NCBI GenBank assembly: GCA_001938485.1
Contig: MQRK01192830.1
Location: 1 to 64,000 of the forward strand
Source of the DNA: Girardia tigrina
Taxonomy: Eukaryota
Length of the DNA: 64,000 bases
Reading direction: 5' to 3'
This document shows positions 25,435 to 39,766 of the stretch, piece after piece. Within the stretch, counting starts at the first letter, position 1; every line of letters starts with the position of its first letter. The notes beneath the pieces were generated by a model. That model was not told where the DNA came from and did no database searches. It worked only from the letters and a program-made list of their open reading frames with translations. The translations under genes were made by a program, and so were the position numbers.

Positions 25435-28400
25435 GGTTTGCGCAAACGCAAATATAATGACGATTATATCGAATTTGGTTTCATTGCATCAGAAAAATGA
25501 CAGTTATCTGTCATACTGTTTGATTTATGCAACAACATTTTCAAATGAGGCTATTTTATCCAGTAAGCTTGAGCACCATCTGATAAAAAAGCACTGAAAA
25601 CACAAGTAAAAGCCAAAAGAATACTTTGAGAAGCTTCGATCAAACATACAAAAACAATAAAAAAACATTAAAATCAAAAAAAGTATTTTGTTCAATTTCA
25701 GAAAAAGCTCGGATTGCAAGTTACAAGATTTTGAGACTTTTAGAAAAAGAGAAAAAAACCGCATGTAGAAGCTGAAAGTATTATTTTTCCAGCATTGAAG
25801 ATTGTCATCGATTGTATGGTCGACCATGAAGCCGTCGAACGAGTCAAGTGTTTTTCATGTCCTATGATATGACTTCTCGTAGTATTCTAAATCTGTCACG
25901 AGATATCGATGATCAACTCAAACAGCATTGTGGACATTACAAATAGATGAAAATATTGATATCAGCGGAAAGGCCCAGCTGCTTTCATTTCTGTGATTTT
26001 TCAAGGATGGGAAAATTCTAAATCATTTTTTCTTTTGTTGTGCATGAAATGAAACTACTACAGGATGTGATACAATAGAAAAAGTAAACCAAAATCTTGA
26101 ATCGAGTGGACTGCGACGGATTACTTGTGTCAGCGTTTGCACCGATGGTACATCTGTGTAAGGTCAACAAAAGGATTTTTTTGTCGCAAGTTTTGAGTAA
26201 TAATTCATATGTGAAAAGTGTGCACGGCATGATTCACTGAAAAGTTTTGATATCAACAGCTCTGCAGGAAAATATTGCTAAGACTATGAATGAAGTTATG
26301 AAAGTCGTTAATCACATTAAATGTTGCCCAATACGTTCTAGAATTTTTGTTAATCTTTGCGAGGCAATGGATTCGGATTGCATAAGTCTTTAATATCATA
26401 AAGAAGCTAGATCCTTATCGAAAGGAAAATTACTCTTACGTGTTATATCTCTTCGAACTGGAATCATTTCTACTTTTTGACACTGAGAAAATTAGTTTTG
26501 AATTTGTTAACGATAAAATCTATTGGCTTGAAGTAACTTTCCTTAGTGATCTCTTCGATAAATTGAACACTATAAATTTCAGTCTACAGGGGGAAACTGA
26601 AAATATTTTAACCTTGAATGGAAAACTCAAGGCAGTTAGAAAAAAGTTGCAGTGGTGGATTACTAGGGCAAGTAATTTGCAACTTGACTACTTTCCGAGC
26701 ATTGATATTTCTATGTTCAATAGTAAAATAATACAAATAATTCAAACAACACTCAAAACTTTATAGTAGGGAAAAAATGGGGATTAGTCGATCTATTCTA
26801 CGAAGACTGAGAGATCGAAGGTGATGGATCTAGGATATCAAAACATCACGACGGACCTCCTAGAAAACGTCCATCAAATAAAGCTTAATCAAAAAGCACC
26901 AAAATTAAAAGTAGACCTGGTATTGCAAGAAACATACCGAGGACTGATGGCCGACCAATTGTCAAGCCAACAAAATGGATTTTCAGATTAGTCAACCAAT
27001 TAAATGTGTTCATCGAAAAACATCACTTCATGGACATATTCACTGATTTGATTTTGTTACACGTGTTTGTAACTATTTAAGTTGTATTTTAAATATATTG
27101 TTATGAATATAAATCTTCATTCAATGCATAGAGAAAACCCTGTAAACAAAAAAACTTTTATAATATATAATATAAAATATATAAGATTGATTTTTATTTT
27201 AAATATTTAATATTATATATTTAATATTATATATAAAATATTATATATAAAATATTATATATAAACAACTATTTGTAAAGAAACTAATAATGATAACTAA
27301 TTACATTATTCAGATGTAAAAGAATTACATGTATCGTTTTTCTTTGAAAAATACATATATTACAAGATTTTACATGAAAATCATGTATTTTTATTGAAAA
27401 CTATAATTAATATATTTTTCTACATTATCTATTTTTTTCCTATATTTTTCGGTCTTTGATTTTAATTTCTATGTATTTTTCTATATATTTTTCTGTATTT
27501 TCCGGTATTTTATGTTCATTTTTGTATATTATTAATTAAATGATGCATTTAAACAAAAGGTAAATACTGTATATTAAACATTTATGCAAAACCTATAAAT
27601 AGTTTACACACTGCATATAGATTGCATACATATTGTATACATATAACACACAGATTGTATTTACTTTGATGATTAAAGTTAATGGTGTGATATATAACCA
27701 TAATACAAATATATAATAATATATAACGTATAAAGCAGCATAAAAACAGTTAAACTGTGCTAAATGCATTGTGATCACATAGTGATTGTATATATAACAA
27801 TAATATAATNNNNNNNNNNNNNNNNNNNNNNNNNNNNNNNNNNNNNNNNNNNNNNNNNNNNNNNNNNNNNNNNNNNNNNNNNNNNNNNNNNNNNNNNNNN
27901 NNNNNNNNNNNNNNNNNNNNNNNNNNNNNNNNNNNNNNNNNNNNNNNNNNNNNNNNNNNNNNNNNNNNNNNNNNNNNNNNNNNNNNNNNNNNNNNNNNNN
28001 NNNNNNNNNNNNNNNNTTGAACGGTTGATAAGGAAATGGTTGATAATATATATTTGAAGGTTGATAAGGTAATTTTGAAGGTTTTTATATATAAAAGAAG
28101 ATTTATATATATATATATATCAAAGAAATTTAATAATATGATTTTTAAGGTTTTTATATATAAAAGAAGGTTTATAAGGTAATTGTAGTGCCCACAAATT
28201 TATAAAATTTAAATTTAATTTAAATTTTGAATTAATTTTTTTAAACGTTTCCCTGCAGAATTTGACATCCGATATTCACATGTTCTAATCCAATTTAACT
28301 TTATCATTTTTACGATCCATAATTTTGTTGTTTCCTCGCCACTTGTGATCAAAATAATTGGACGAACATCTTTACAAATAATTAAAATAAAAACAATTTG

Positions 28401-29164
28401 AAATAAAAATCCAATTAAATTTTGTTTTAATAATACATTTTTTCGATTGAGCGTTTCGATTTTTTTAATTGTTATGCGATCCGAGATTTGCCCATCGGGC
28501 AAAGGGGGATTTTTATTATCGGTCGGACATTCCGTCGGATCGACTCAACAGTAATTTTCAAGGTTGATATTATAATTTTGATGGTTGATAAGGTAATTTT
28601 GATGTTGGATATTGATTTTAAAAGGTTGTTAAGATAATTTTGAAGGTTAATAATGGGATTTTTGAAGGTTGTTAAGTTGTTTAAAGTTGTTAACAATTTT
28701 TTATGGTTGCTAAGTGATCGCGACCGTCGCTATGGAAAATTTCGTTACTTTTCAGATATTCTTATCTCTACGATCTAGGATTTTCGATTTAACAGAAATT
28801 AAATCGAATAAAATAGAATGACTGCAGATGATGGATGATGAAATGTGTAATTATTTATCAAATCTCGAGCCACATTTTGAGTTAATTTGCACTAAAAACA
28901 AGCTCAACCCTCCCATTAGAAAAAAAAAATCAAAATTAAGTTTACTGTCACTTTATGCAAATAACAATTAGTATGTTTCCTCAATTCAAGTTTCACTGTT
29001 GTTTTAAAATTTGTCTGTTGCTAGCTACTATCACCTTGAATAAATTTGAATAAATCATAATCAATTAATTATTATTTCTAGTTTATTGTACCATTAGCGT
29101 CAAATGTGCCGCGAAAAAATTGGCTTTGTTTTAGTGTGCCATCACAAAAGTTTTGCAGAAAACT
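25435..29164 (+). mobile_element. hAT Buster/Charlie (ZBED5/SCAND3-like) transposase pseudogene, interrupted at ~26765-28720
   Basis: RKRKYNDDYIEFGF, QIDENIDISGKAQLL, VCTDGT, LSDLFDKLNTINFSLQG; C-terminus LSNLEPHF...QPSH*. Right end tgtgccgcg...gcagaaaactg. Confidence 0.85.
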
Positions 29165-29179
29165 GGTTTAATATATCAT

Positions 29180-29625
29180 TTTTGATCTCTTTAATCAACA
29201 TCTGTAAAAGCTGACGAAAATATAAATAAATTAATTAATTTCTTAAATAAGAATGGGTGGTCAAAGTTATTTATCGAAAAATTGACTCAGAAAATGTTAT
29301 ATAAAATATTTAACGAGTCAATGAATAATAATAAAAAAATCGTTATATTACGATTTCCACGACTAATATATACAGATATAATAATATAAATATAAATCAT
29401 CATCCTCTTGAATCGAGGTATATCTTATCTATTCCATATTCAGAAAATTTAAAATATTTAATCATCAATTTTGAAAATGAATTCCAAATACTATGAACTT
29501 AAAAATTATTTTTCAATCATATAAACTTCGCGATATGTTCAACAATAAATCTCCGACACCTCTCAGTTTATCTTCTGATCGTGTTTATAAATATAAATCT
29601 AATGGGTGTAACGTCACATACATTT
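29180..29625 (+). mobile_element. Penelope-like element remnant (RT C-terminus / GIY-YIG)
   Basis: KLRDMFNNKSPTPLSLSSDRVYKYKSNGCNVTYI resembles the PLE GIY-YIG start. Confidence 0.6.
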
Positions 29626-29759
29626 ATCATTTTCCAATAGAAACATAACGACACAATCAATTAAATAATCAACATTTATCATCATATATAAGCTTCCAAG
29701 ACTAATGTTAATTTAGCCTGAACATGGCAGATAATCCACCCAAATTAATAACTAAAATA

Positions 29760-30660
29760 AATGTTGAAAAATGGCATTTAATATTTCTTAATAGGTCTAT
29801 ATTATTTCTCACTATTAAAATACCTTGTACAGCATGGGAACTGAAATTTGTGCACACAAGATTCATAATGATTGCTATATCGCTAAATAGTGACTCAACG
29901 GTTCCTTGAGTTGCTGGAATCACCAATAAAGCAGAGCATAGCTTAGATAGTCGAGGAAATAGTTTGGTATGAATTTTCAAAAATTCGATTGGGTTGATTG
30001 TAGATATCATATTTGATGTATTGCCTGATGTAATTGTCAACATTTTTTTATATCTAGTCCTTAGGAATCAAAAATTTCTCTTCTATAATTTTCTCAAGTT
30101 TTTCTCCTTTGTGACGAATGAAGAGCTCCGAATAAGCAATATTTCAGATTGCAACCTGACGACCATTGCAGTATTGGATATTGATTCCTATAAAACTTCT
30201 TGAGGATCTTAATGTATAGTCGATCTTCAATGAATACAACAAATTTTCTAATTCATTTTTAATCAAGTGCTGAATTTGTTAGACAGCAATGTCGAGATTT
30301 TCATGAAGCTTTTCCAGAGTTCATGAACCAAACATAGGGATTAAAAAGCCCAATTATTGAAGTGTCTTTTATTCTTGAAAATGGTCGATCATCAACGTTA
30401 ACCACTTCAAAAAGTTTTCTGTTGAATCCTTGTTCAATAGTTTTTATCAAGCATGATTTCATTTCTTTTAGCTCCTGAGAAATCCATTTATCCAATTTTA
30501 GGGCTTTATTTTTTTTATTTTATCCAAGTGTTTTCTTGACATGTGGTCCTCAATTGTTTAGGGTTTAGTTCTTTAATAAAAATAAATATTCTTGTTGCCG
30601 TAGCGCAGAAGAAGCGCATTAACACGATCCCCCTACTAGGCACCAATGAGGGAGGATATA
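29760..30660 (-). mobile_element. hAT transposase remnant (BED-like N-terminus, hATC C-terminus)
   Basis: FPRLSKLCSALLVIPATQGTVESLFS and VVNVDDRPFS. Confidence 0.75.
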
Positions 30661-32499
30661 TTCTGGGTTTTTTTATTATGACATTTATAATAATAATTAT
30701 AATTTAAAAATATGCAGAGACCAAACACCAAACCGGAAACAGAAATCACATCAGAACCGTCACTCGATAATTGGATTCGCCGTATTGATATTCGACGCCA
30801 AAATGACACATATCCAATCACTAATTATGGTCCTTACAAGGACCGCTTCTCGTTCTTTTAACCCCCCTTTTATCAATCACATTCTTTTTCTCAGAGTTTT
30901 ACCATTCTGGTTCTAAATATATAGGTGAATTTTTCATGCATTCGGAGTATCGTCTTTCAATTTAATGACTTCATATAGCATTCCCGATTTTAATAACGTA
31001 TTAATAGAATTAAAAGTTAAATATCGATTGACTTTTAAACTTTTATTTTTCAAAAACTCTGTTTAAAAAGACAGAAATCCTTTTCTAGTTATGAAATTTT
31101 TATTGATTAAATACAATTACAATTCGAGCGGTGTTTCCGCTTAATCATTTTTATTTTATTATTTAAACAAAACAACATTATATATATNNNNNNNNNNNNN
31201 NNNNNNNNNNNNNNNNNNNNNNNNNNNNNNNNNNNNNNNNNNNNNTATATATATATAATATCATATAAATAAAAAAATATTTAAATTGTTAAATTTTTAT
31301 TTCTTTTAAATTCGAAACCGAACATATACTTGTGAAAATATTTAGTAGACTTACACATATCTTCCATGTGTACAAAGAAAATCTCTTAAATTAATAATTA
31401 AATCAAAATAAAACGCTTTCTTTGTCACTATAATGCAGAAATAAAATTGTTATTAATATAATTATATTTGAAGAAAAATAAAAAGTAACAATATTACACA
31501 CAAATAATACAGTGACTGAATTATTTTATCTATTGTTAGATGAAATGGTTAATTGTTACGAAATACCATCTTTAAAACCCATTTTCTAAAATTGTTGGGC
31601 CAACTGGAATACAGAATAAGATTTTATTTTCTTTATCTTGAAGAATAATGGTGCCTCGGTCACTTAGATCACGAGGATTCGTTTTTATTCCTATCAGTCG
31701 GAGATCGATCATAATACTGATTCCGGATCAGATAATAACTGAAAGAGCAGTGATTAATTGTAATATTAATAGTTACGTGAAAGAATTGTTGGAATCCTTA
31801 CAATATACGATATTCATTTATGCTATATAGTTTATCGATTTTCTTTCATACCTTCAAATTTTGTCATTAACTCCGTGTGTAAATTTTAAACTAAGATATT
31901 TATTTAATACTAATGTTAGATATATATGAATTTTTAATTAATATTGATTCCACATACGATTGCCAGTCGTCCGTTTTCGTAAAATGAATAAATATTTTTT
32001 ATACCATTCTTTTCTTTAAATTATTGCAAAATATTATTAGATTCACTATATGGGGACTTTAAGTTAACGAATGTAATTGAATACATTTGATAAGTTTCTT
32101 ACACTGCTTCAATTTTTTCTAATCGTTTTAACTCTACAAAACAAACTAAAGGGACATTCCTATCAAATAAGATACTTGAATTTACATTTACCGCTTGTAG
32201 TAACAAAGACTTGTTGCTTTGAGTCCATCAAAAGCTTTGATTCAAAACACATTTTTTTATTATAAATAATGTGTTCAAATAAATAATGTTATATAAATAA
32301 TGTAATATAAATAAGGTTATATAAATAATGTGTTCATAATTTCTTTATTATAAATATTTAAATTATAAAAAATTTAAATAACTTAGATTCAATATTTCTT
32401 GGTATTTTCAAAAATATTAAATTAAAAAAATATTATTTTTTCGAAATACCAAGAGTAAGAACGCAGTCGAATTCCATAAAATAGAATATCAAAACAACA

Positions 32500-33560
32500 T
32501 TCAATTGTCCAACTGAAGCCTTTTTAATTTGAAACTATTGTGTATTTTTTCAATCATACTGTGCTGTACGGCTTTAAGGATCTTAGATATTTCAGAACCA
32601 CTTGATATGGAGCAAGGAATTTCATAATCTTAAATGGCCTTTCATATATAACTCCATCTTTCTTTAGTTTGTGAGGTTCCACCTTTAAGAACACTTTCTC
32701 CCTCATCTGAAATACCAGTTTTTCTCGTTTTTCATCATCATGCATTTGTAATCGATCAGCAGACTTTAAACTATGTTCAACTGAATTGTGTATGGATTAT
32801 TCTATTGAAAGTATCATGTAAATTCAGCTTCTGGCTAAATAAAACCTCAAGTGGACTACCTCCGATATAGCATTGCCAAGTGGTATTGAGAAAAAAATTA
32901 ATTTTGATAGTGATTCTTCCCAATCTAAAGAATCATATTGAGATGCAATAGTGGTAACTACCATGTTAATCAATTAACGAATGGTGCAATATGATAATCC
33001 ATTGGACTGATGTTAGTGTGGAGACGAAAATTCTTGAGTTATATTGAAGGTTTTACACATCTTCCGTAACATGTTACCTTTAAATGTTTTTTCTTTGTCA
33101 GATAAAAATAATCAGGATTTCCAGAAACGATAAATCTAATCTATTTAAAATAGCTGCAATTTATACCAGCACAAGTATTTATTTCTTTTCCATTTTAGAA
33201 AGTGAAAATGTGTAATATCCATTACAACTTGTTCAAATAGTGTTGTAATATCTCGAGGTAAAAATTTGTCTAATATGTTTTTTTAACACCTTCCTTTTTG
33301 CACAAAAAAGACATTCTCTAGAAATTTTCTCAATTGTATACCACATTTGTGGCCAGAAGTAGTTGTCGTACATATAGTCATACTACTTATTTTATCCTAT
33401 GTGGTATAAATCTTGATGGGTGTACTGAATTAAACGTTGTTGAGCAGCTTCTGGAACAACCATGTGTTTTACACTTCCATCTCGATAACACAGCAATTCA
33501 TCTTCTAATATCAAGTGGATAATGTGTGCTCACAAGGAACCTTATGACTGATTCGTTGAA
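32500..33560 (-). mobile_element. Ty3/Gypsy integrase remnant
   Basis: EFSSPH*HQSNG, SPLEVLF and KVFLKVEPHKLKKDGVIYERPFKI; similar to 63013-63700. Confidence 0.7.
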
Positions 33561-33609
33561 GGTGGGTCATTAAGTTATAATGAAGTAATAATTTCCAGAA
33601 TGTTTTTAT

Positions 33610-33880
33610 CTCTTCTATGAGTGTTCTTATATGACGGAGATCCATTGTGCTACAAGTGTTTAAATATTCTTTAATAATTAATATTTAATATTCCTTAATA
33701 ATATTTAAAAGCCACATAAGAAGAGATTACCCGAATGTAAGTGTATTCACTGCAACAGAAATGGCCATTATAGAACTCAATGTTATCTCAACAAGAATAG
33801 ATTTAATGAAAGAGAACAGTACAGTAGAAACAGCTATTGGAAGAAAGCAAATAATCCAGGATACTGTAATTGACCTCAAA
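33610..33880 (+). mobile_element. Gypsy LTR-end/gag fragment related to the 1015-2427 element
   Basis: gtgttcttata-tgacg resembles the LTR end/PBS. HIRRDYPN..KCIHCNRNGHYRTQC zinc-knuckle remnant. Confidence 0.5.
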
Positions 33881-33909
33881 AAATTTTTTATACATTTTTT
33901 AAAATCTAT

Positions 33910-34340
33910 CTCATCATTTACTAAGTTCTGAATTTTTATTGCTTATTAACTCTGGTAGAATCTGGTCATCACGCTGTAGCTGCTTTTGCAAATAACAAAT
34001 TATTTTCAAAACATCAACTATGAGATCGTTAAGCCAAACTTGATGCGATTCATATGTCCTTGTCTTCAAATATCCCTGTGCCGTTGCTCTCTCTGTTTTA
34101 AATTCGCCTTTCACTTCTAAAAACTTAGAAACTTCCTTGCAGCCGTAAAGATTATGAAGAATGGACGTTAAAAGGTTGACTATGTGCCTCACAAATCTAA
34201 CTTATTAATGAGCAGGGAAATGTTTCGCCGTTGGTTGAAATAGATGCTTGAGTTTCGTTATCTTTTTAGACGTCCTGATGTAGGCAGCTAGAGACTTTGT
34301 ATTTTTAATCCAGATACACAGCTCACAAACGCCCTTTAGC
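33910..34340 (-). mobile_element. hAT transposase fragment
   Basis: HFPAH**VRFVRHIVNLL...LIVDVLKIICYLQKQLQ. Confidence 0.6.
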
Positions 34341-34479
34341 ATCACTGGGCTGCAAACGCGCGGTGCTCGCAATGTCATCAATGATTATTTTATTGAATTT
34401 AAATGAAAAGATATGAAATTATTTCAACGCGACATCCGACAATTAAAGTATGTTTCAATTTTTCGGAATCATCAGTGAT

Positions 34480-34690
34480 TTTTGTCAGTCGTTTATAAGT
34501 TTTCACAACTGCTTTACCGCGACTTTGTTTACCATCAAAAATATATAAATAAACTTTTTTTGAGAAAAATAATTTATTTATTTAAACACAATTTAGTGAA
34601 AGCTACTTTTGTGTACAAATTTAATTATCATGGTTCTAAAAACTCGTACATTGGAGAGTTTGTTCATCTCATGTATCAGCTTCGCTAACT
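34480..34690 (+). mobile_element. Penelope GIY-YIG remnant
   Basis: FVYKFNYHGSKNSYIGE. Confidence 0.55.
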
Positions 34691-34708
34691 AGTAATGTAG
34701 AAGTCAAT

Positions 34709-34868
34709 AACTCTGAAGATATTCTAAAAGAATACAATCAATCATTAAAGAAAACTCCTATCACTTTAACTGCTGTGTAGGTACCGAAACTCTGAAGATA
34801 TTCTAAAAGAATACAATCAATCATTAAAGAAAACTCCTATCACTTTAACTGATGTGTAGGTACCGAAA
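34709..34868. repeat. 79-bp tandem duplication
   Basis: aactctgaagatattc...taggtaccgaaa occurs twice with one mismatch. Confidence 0.9.
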
Positions 34869-35436
34869 ATACACATTTAACTTTTAGAATCGCAGGTCTC
34901 TCTGTGAGACTGGTGTTCAAATGTCCATTTCGCCGCTATGTTAACTGCATTAATACAACAAAAGATACGCAGAACCATGGAACCTCAGTCTATGACTAGT
35001 CGTTTATTACAGGGATGACGAAGAGATCATGGAGACAGAAACACTCCAACCACGTAGGGGGTAGTCATAGGTTAAGGGGTTGGGTGGACATCCTAAAGAG
35101 TCGAGTAGATCTAGTAAAGTTCTTGATCACTGAAATTGTTGATCAATACTTCATCGATTTAAAAAGATGAATTTTCTATTCTTCAGAAGAATTTTGATTC
35201 ACATTGTGATATGTTTTATTGTGAATCATTGATAATAAGATACTATAACAATTTGATTAACATCAAATGGGAAAGGTAAAGCAACCTCAATATTAAATAT
35301 CTTTAAATAAAATTAAATAAAATATTAGTCACAAAAATTTAACTTAAATATTATTTTTCTTGTAAATAGTTTCCATATATATTATAAAAATTAAATAAAT
35401 TAAAATAAAAAATAATAATAAATTACAACAGAAATA

Positions 35437-35484
35437 AAGTTTTTGAAGATGATCAACGATTGTTATCGAAACATGTCCAACGTT
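35437..35484 (+). ncRNA. degenerate hammerhead ribozyme remnant
   Basis: tTGAAGA-T-gatcaac-gatt-gttatc-GAAA-catg-tc; the first core C is mutated. Confidence 0.4.
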
Positions 35485-37077
35485 GATGTTTTTTAGAAAT
35501 GATTTATTAAATATCTTTTAAAAAATATATTTTTTGCAAAATAACTAAGCTGTTACTTTTTTATTTTCCTTTATAATTACGGTATTTAAGAGTTTGTAAA
35601 TATTTTTCAGTATTTGTTTATTTAAAAAATTTAATTTATTTGATTTGTTTTCATTTAAATAAAGCAAGTAAATTTGAAATATTGCAAGCAATCATGATTT
35701 TATTTAATATTTTGAATTTTTAAAAACTGGTATATATAGAACAAGGAGGGTATTTGGAATTTACTATAAAGGAAATTATTTTGAGAACTTTCCCATTTGA
35801 AAACATATTTGGACATAAAACAGCTCAATGATCTCACCCTTTCAAAATAAAGTGATGAATTTCAGAGGATGGATGTCAAACAAATTGTCTATCAGTTTAC
35901 TTTTATGAGAGCACGGATGATCAATTTCCATCTGTTCATTCATGCCTGAATTTTTTAACATAGTAACAATGACATATATTTTTTATACGAATAGTTGTTT
36001 TTAATCAATAAGGGATTCAAAAATTATTTGCTGTAATAATATGTAAAGTTTAAAAAATCCACATTAAAAATATTATTAAGATCAATTCATTCATATTAAC
36101 AGGAAGGCTAAGTTAAAGTACCAATTAGAAGGGGAAAGAAGTATAAATGATTTATTGTGCAGGAATCCTACAGTTTGAAATTAGACGTCCCAATTTTTAA
36201 TATTATTCAACAATATTGCATTCGAAAGTTTTTCAAAGACATATTCACTTTTGGATACTCAACCTTAAATATAATTATCTAACAAGATTCTTAATTTGCT
36301 TTATGTTAGCATTTTGTTTCTGTATTAATGGACGAATGCATCCATAGAGTTGTTACCATTGCATAAAAGTTCGAAAATGTATGTTTCAGTTGATAAATTC
36401 TAAATTTCAGTATTTACCAAAGCGTTATCGAAACACTGTGCATATTAAATATCCATAAATCTTTTAAGATTTAATTGCTTTAACAAAGATCTTTAAAAGA
36501 ATAACTTTCAGATAATTGTTTTTTATCGAAATAAATTTTAATAATACGTTTTATGCAGTAAATAGGAATTATAATATTTATTCGAAAATTCAAGAAATCG
36601 TTAAAAGATATTTTAAAACTATTTTCATTGAAATCAAAGAACATTTCCTCGTTTTCCTTTCTAAACCAAGTTATTTCGGTTTATCAATTTTATAAGACTA
36701 GTTCAAATAATATCTTCTTTTTTATCAAATATTTGTCTTATTAATATTTGTTTTATTCTCTGTATTCAAAAAATGCCAATAACATTTTTTTGAAAGAAAT
36801 AGAAATATTCGTTAAAAAGTTTTTTTTTACATAAATACTTGTTTTTCATAATAGAATTTTCTTTGTGAAAGCAGTATTTTTAGAGATTATTTATATTTCT
36901 TGAATTTTCTAAAATATGTGCTGTTTGCTCTGGTATCTTTTTGCATATAACTTTTTAAAGTTTCAGTAGTGTGCTGAAGTTTGAAGATTCATGTGGCCAA
37001 TTTAATGATATGTGTAGTGACCTACCTATATGCTAATATATTAATATTTATGTTAATGTTAAATATATTTAATTTAT

Positions 37078-37080
<3 letters not shown>

Positions 37081-37123
<43 letters not shown>
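37081..37123. repeat. (AT)n microsatellite
   Basis: Direct reading of the sequence. Confidence 0.95.
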
Positions 37124-37126
<3 letters not shown>

Positions 37127-37799
37127 CATATTCATATAATCTTTTTACTTGTGCTTACTGGAGGACCTTATCTTTAGCGGCCGCTTCAGTGCGTGCAGAA
37201 GATATATAATAATAGTATTATAATAATAAAATTTAATATTAAAATATAAAAATAATTAGATTAAAAAGTCTATTAAACAAGGAAAAACGACAAATTAATT
37301 TTCTTACTTAACAACGACATTATGAAATGATACTGAAGCTAGTTCTCAATTTATTCGAAAACCTCCGAAATTAAACAGATGATCAATTGCCACAAATTGA
37401 ATCATTATCATGCAACGATAATAACAAAATATATTAAGCATTATTTCTCATTTAATTGGAAGAACTCTACATTTATATCCCTTTTATTCAAATGATCCTT
37501 TGTTATTATTAATTAATTTAGTCAAAACAAAGGCAAACACTCCAACAAAAACTTCATCAATTGTTCTGAACTGTCCATTTAAAAAATAGCTGACGAAAGC
37601 TGATCAAAGTCCTACAAATCTGTTCAATTTATCCATAATTAAAATTAATCAAATGCTAAGAACATCAAACTTTTGAACAATGATTTCTTTTATTTCAGCA
37701 TTCGAAAACTGTTACCGTAATTCTTAGTTCATTAGTTTGTCTTCTATAGTTAGTTTAATAAATTTTATTAATTAAATAAATCTATTATCCTTTTTTATA

Positions 37800-39275
37800 C
37801 ACTGCATTGCAAAAGTTTACCGTCAAACTAGAAAAATATGATTTTGCTTAAAAAAATACATAAGCAGTCAATAGCGCGTAGATTTTATATCAGCCACAAT
37901 AACAGCCATGATTCGTGCAAGCATGGATTTATCCAATTTGCTACACAATTCTGTAGAAATGTCTTCTACCCAGACTTGCCAATTTTTCTTGGAGATCGGC
38001 ATGAAAAGTGAGATTGCGAATACATACCTGCACTTCAACAATGACCAATAGTGTTTGATCGGGTTGTGGTCTCGTGAGTTGTCAGGTCATGGTCCCAAAA
38101 TAGTTATTTCTTATCGAGCAAACCACTCACATGCAACTTTTGCAGTGTGAGCTGGAGCTCTATCTTGTTGGGAAATGATGCAACCGTGATGACACATTGT
38201 TCCACGAAGGTGCTCCTGAAGCATGCCGAAGTATTTTGCTGCATTTATAGTGGACCAAGGTCATTCACAGAAGTCAAACCATCTGTGATGCTGAATGTTT
38301 CACCGTCGGCAAGGTGTAGCGCGGATGGTAGATTCGTCAGAAAATTATCCCACGAGCACAATCAGCTTCTGTGTAATGGTGATACTTTTTAGCAAACTTC
38401 AAGCGATCTCTGTTTTTTTAACTAAGCAGTGGTCGTGAAGGAGGTCTGGCCGCACGAAGATTGAAATCGTGTATTAGACGTCTCTGGATCGTACTTGTGC
38501 TTAGAGTTACATCAGGTGGCAGTTGAGCTACGATTTGCGCTAACGAGGCTGTTAGCTTAGCTACAGCTTGTCGATGTTTCATGCGGTCTATGTCTGGAGT
38601 GGTACATCGCTGTCTCCCAGAGCGAGAGCTGGCCTCATATGATCCCATAGCATCATGTAGAAGAAGACACTGCTGTACAGCTTGTTGGCTGACACAGACA
38701 AACGGCTATTACTCTTTGCAGCAGTCCTAAATCGTGATAAACAACCATTTGAGCAACCATTAAAAAAGAAATTTGTTACTTACGTCCCAATATGAGTAAA
38801 ATACTGCTGTCTAATGCACGTGAGCCTTATATGATGTTCAAAGAACCTTGCACAGTGATTGGCCAGTGACTCAACATGACATAGTAGAGAGAATGAAAGA
38901 GTGAGTGAGTCATACGACAGGTAGCAGGGCCACGACAGGGATATCTGCATATATAGCTATAATATGTAAGAGGAAGGTCGCAAGGCAATAAAACATTCAT
39001 TAATAGCATTACTGTGCATCATAACTAACAACAAAATGAAAGAAACTCATGTCAACCGCACGTGATCAATGTCGGACAAATGTTGACTAAGTTCGTATCA
39101 ATCTTTGTCCATTATTCATGAGGTTGATATATGTCTGCATGCGCAGCAGTGGCTTACTGATGTTACATAGTACTGTTAGATAAAATTTACAAGTAATTTT
39201 AAATCATAAAACAGTATTGTTTGAACGCTTTTTGGAAAAACATAAGCAAAAACCGTAAAATTTTGCACTGCACTG
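37800..39275 (-). mobile_element. Tc1 transposon, degraded
   Basis: TIR cactgcattgcaaaagtttac / gtaaaattttgcactgcactg. Motifs RSGRQRCTTPDIDR, QQDRAPAHTAK and P*PDNSRDHNPI. Confidence 0.85.
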
Positions 39276-39766
39276 TGTATATATAGTTAAAGAAGGTTCG
39301 AATATCTTAAAGTGATTTTCTAGCTTTCTTAACAATAGGAATAACTATCATCGAATGTAAAACCAAAGAATTTATTTAAAAGACTCAAATTAATTAATAA
39401 TATAAGTTATGTAGATGTTATTCTAATCCAACACTAAGTTTATAAAAGATTACAATTATATTCAGTTTCGTTGTTAAGCAGTCTTTTATTAAGCATATTC
39501 TATATTACTTATAAATAAATTCGGCAAGTGTATTGGAACATTCACAAAAGATAATGTCTTCTGTCTCATCAAATTAATGCTAACACAAGTATCATTAAGT
39601 AGTCGTTCAAAAATATCAAAATGAAAGTTATTTTCTGTCTTGAATTCATCGTTTGTTATTTTGGAACTATCACTTTTTGATATTTTTCATAAAAAAGTTG
39701 TAATATTTTAATAAAATGTCAATATTCGTATTTTCAGGGACAGTATTATATTTGATATTTTTCATT

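Noticed and set aside
30597-30646. tRNA-like segment tagcgcag..aagcgc...cacca
   Set aside because: Too short, no T-arm; it lies antisense to the hAT BED-like region.
34709-34868. CRISPR-like or dimeric ribozyme repeat
   Set aside because: Simple two-unit tandem duplication with no spacers; the CTGAAGA hairpin lacks the following GAAA. The context is eukaryotic.
35745-36200. Possible further + strand host exons
   Set aside because: All frames contain stops and show no DGK-theta similarity.
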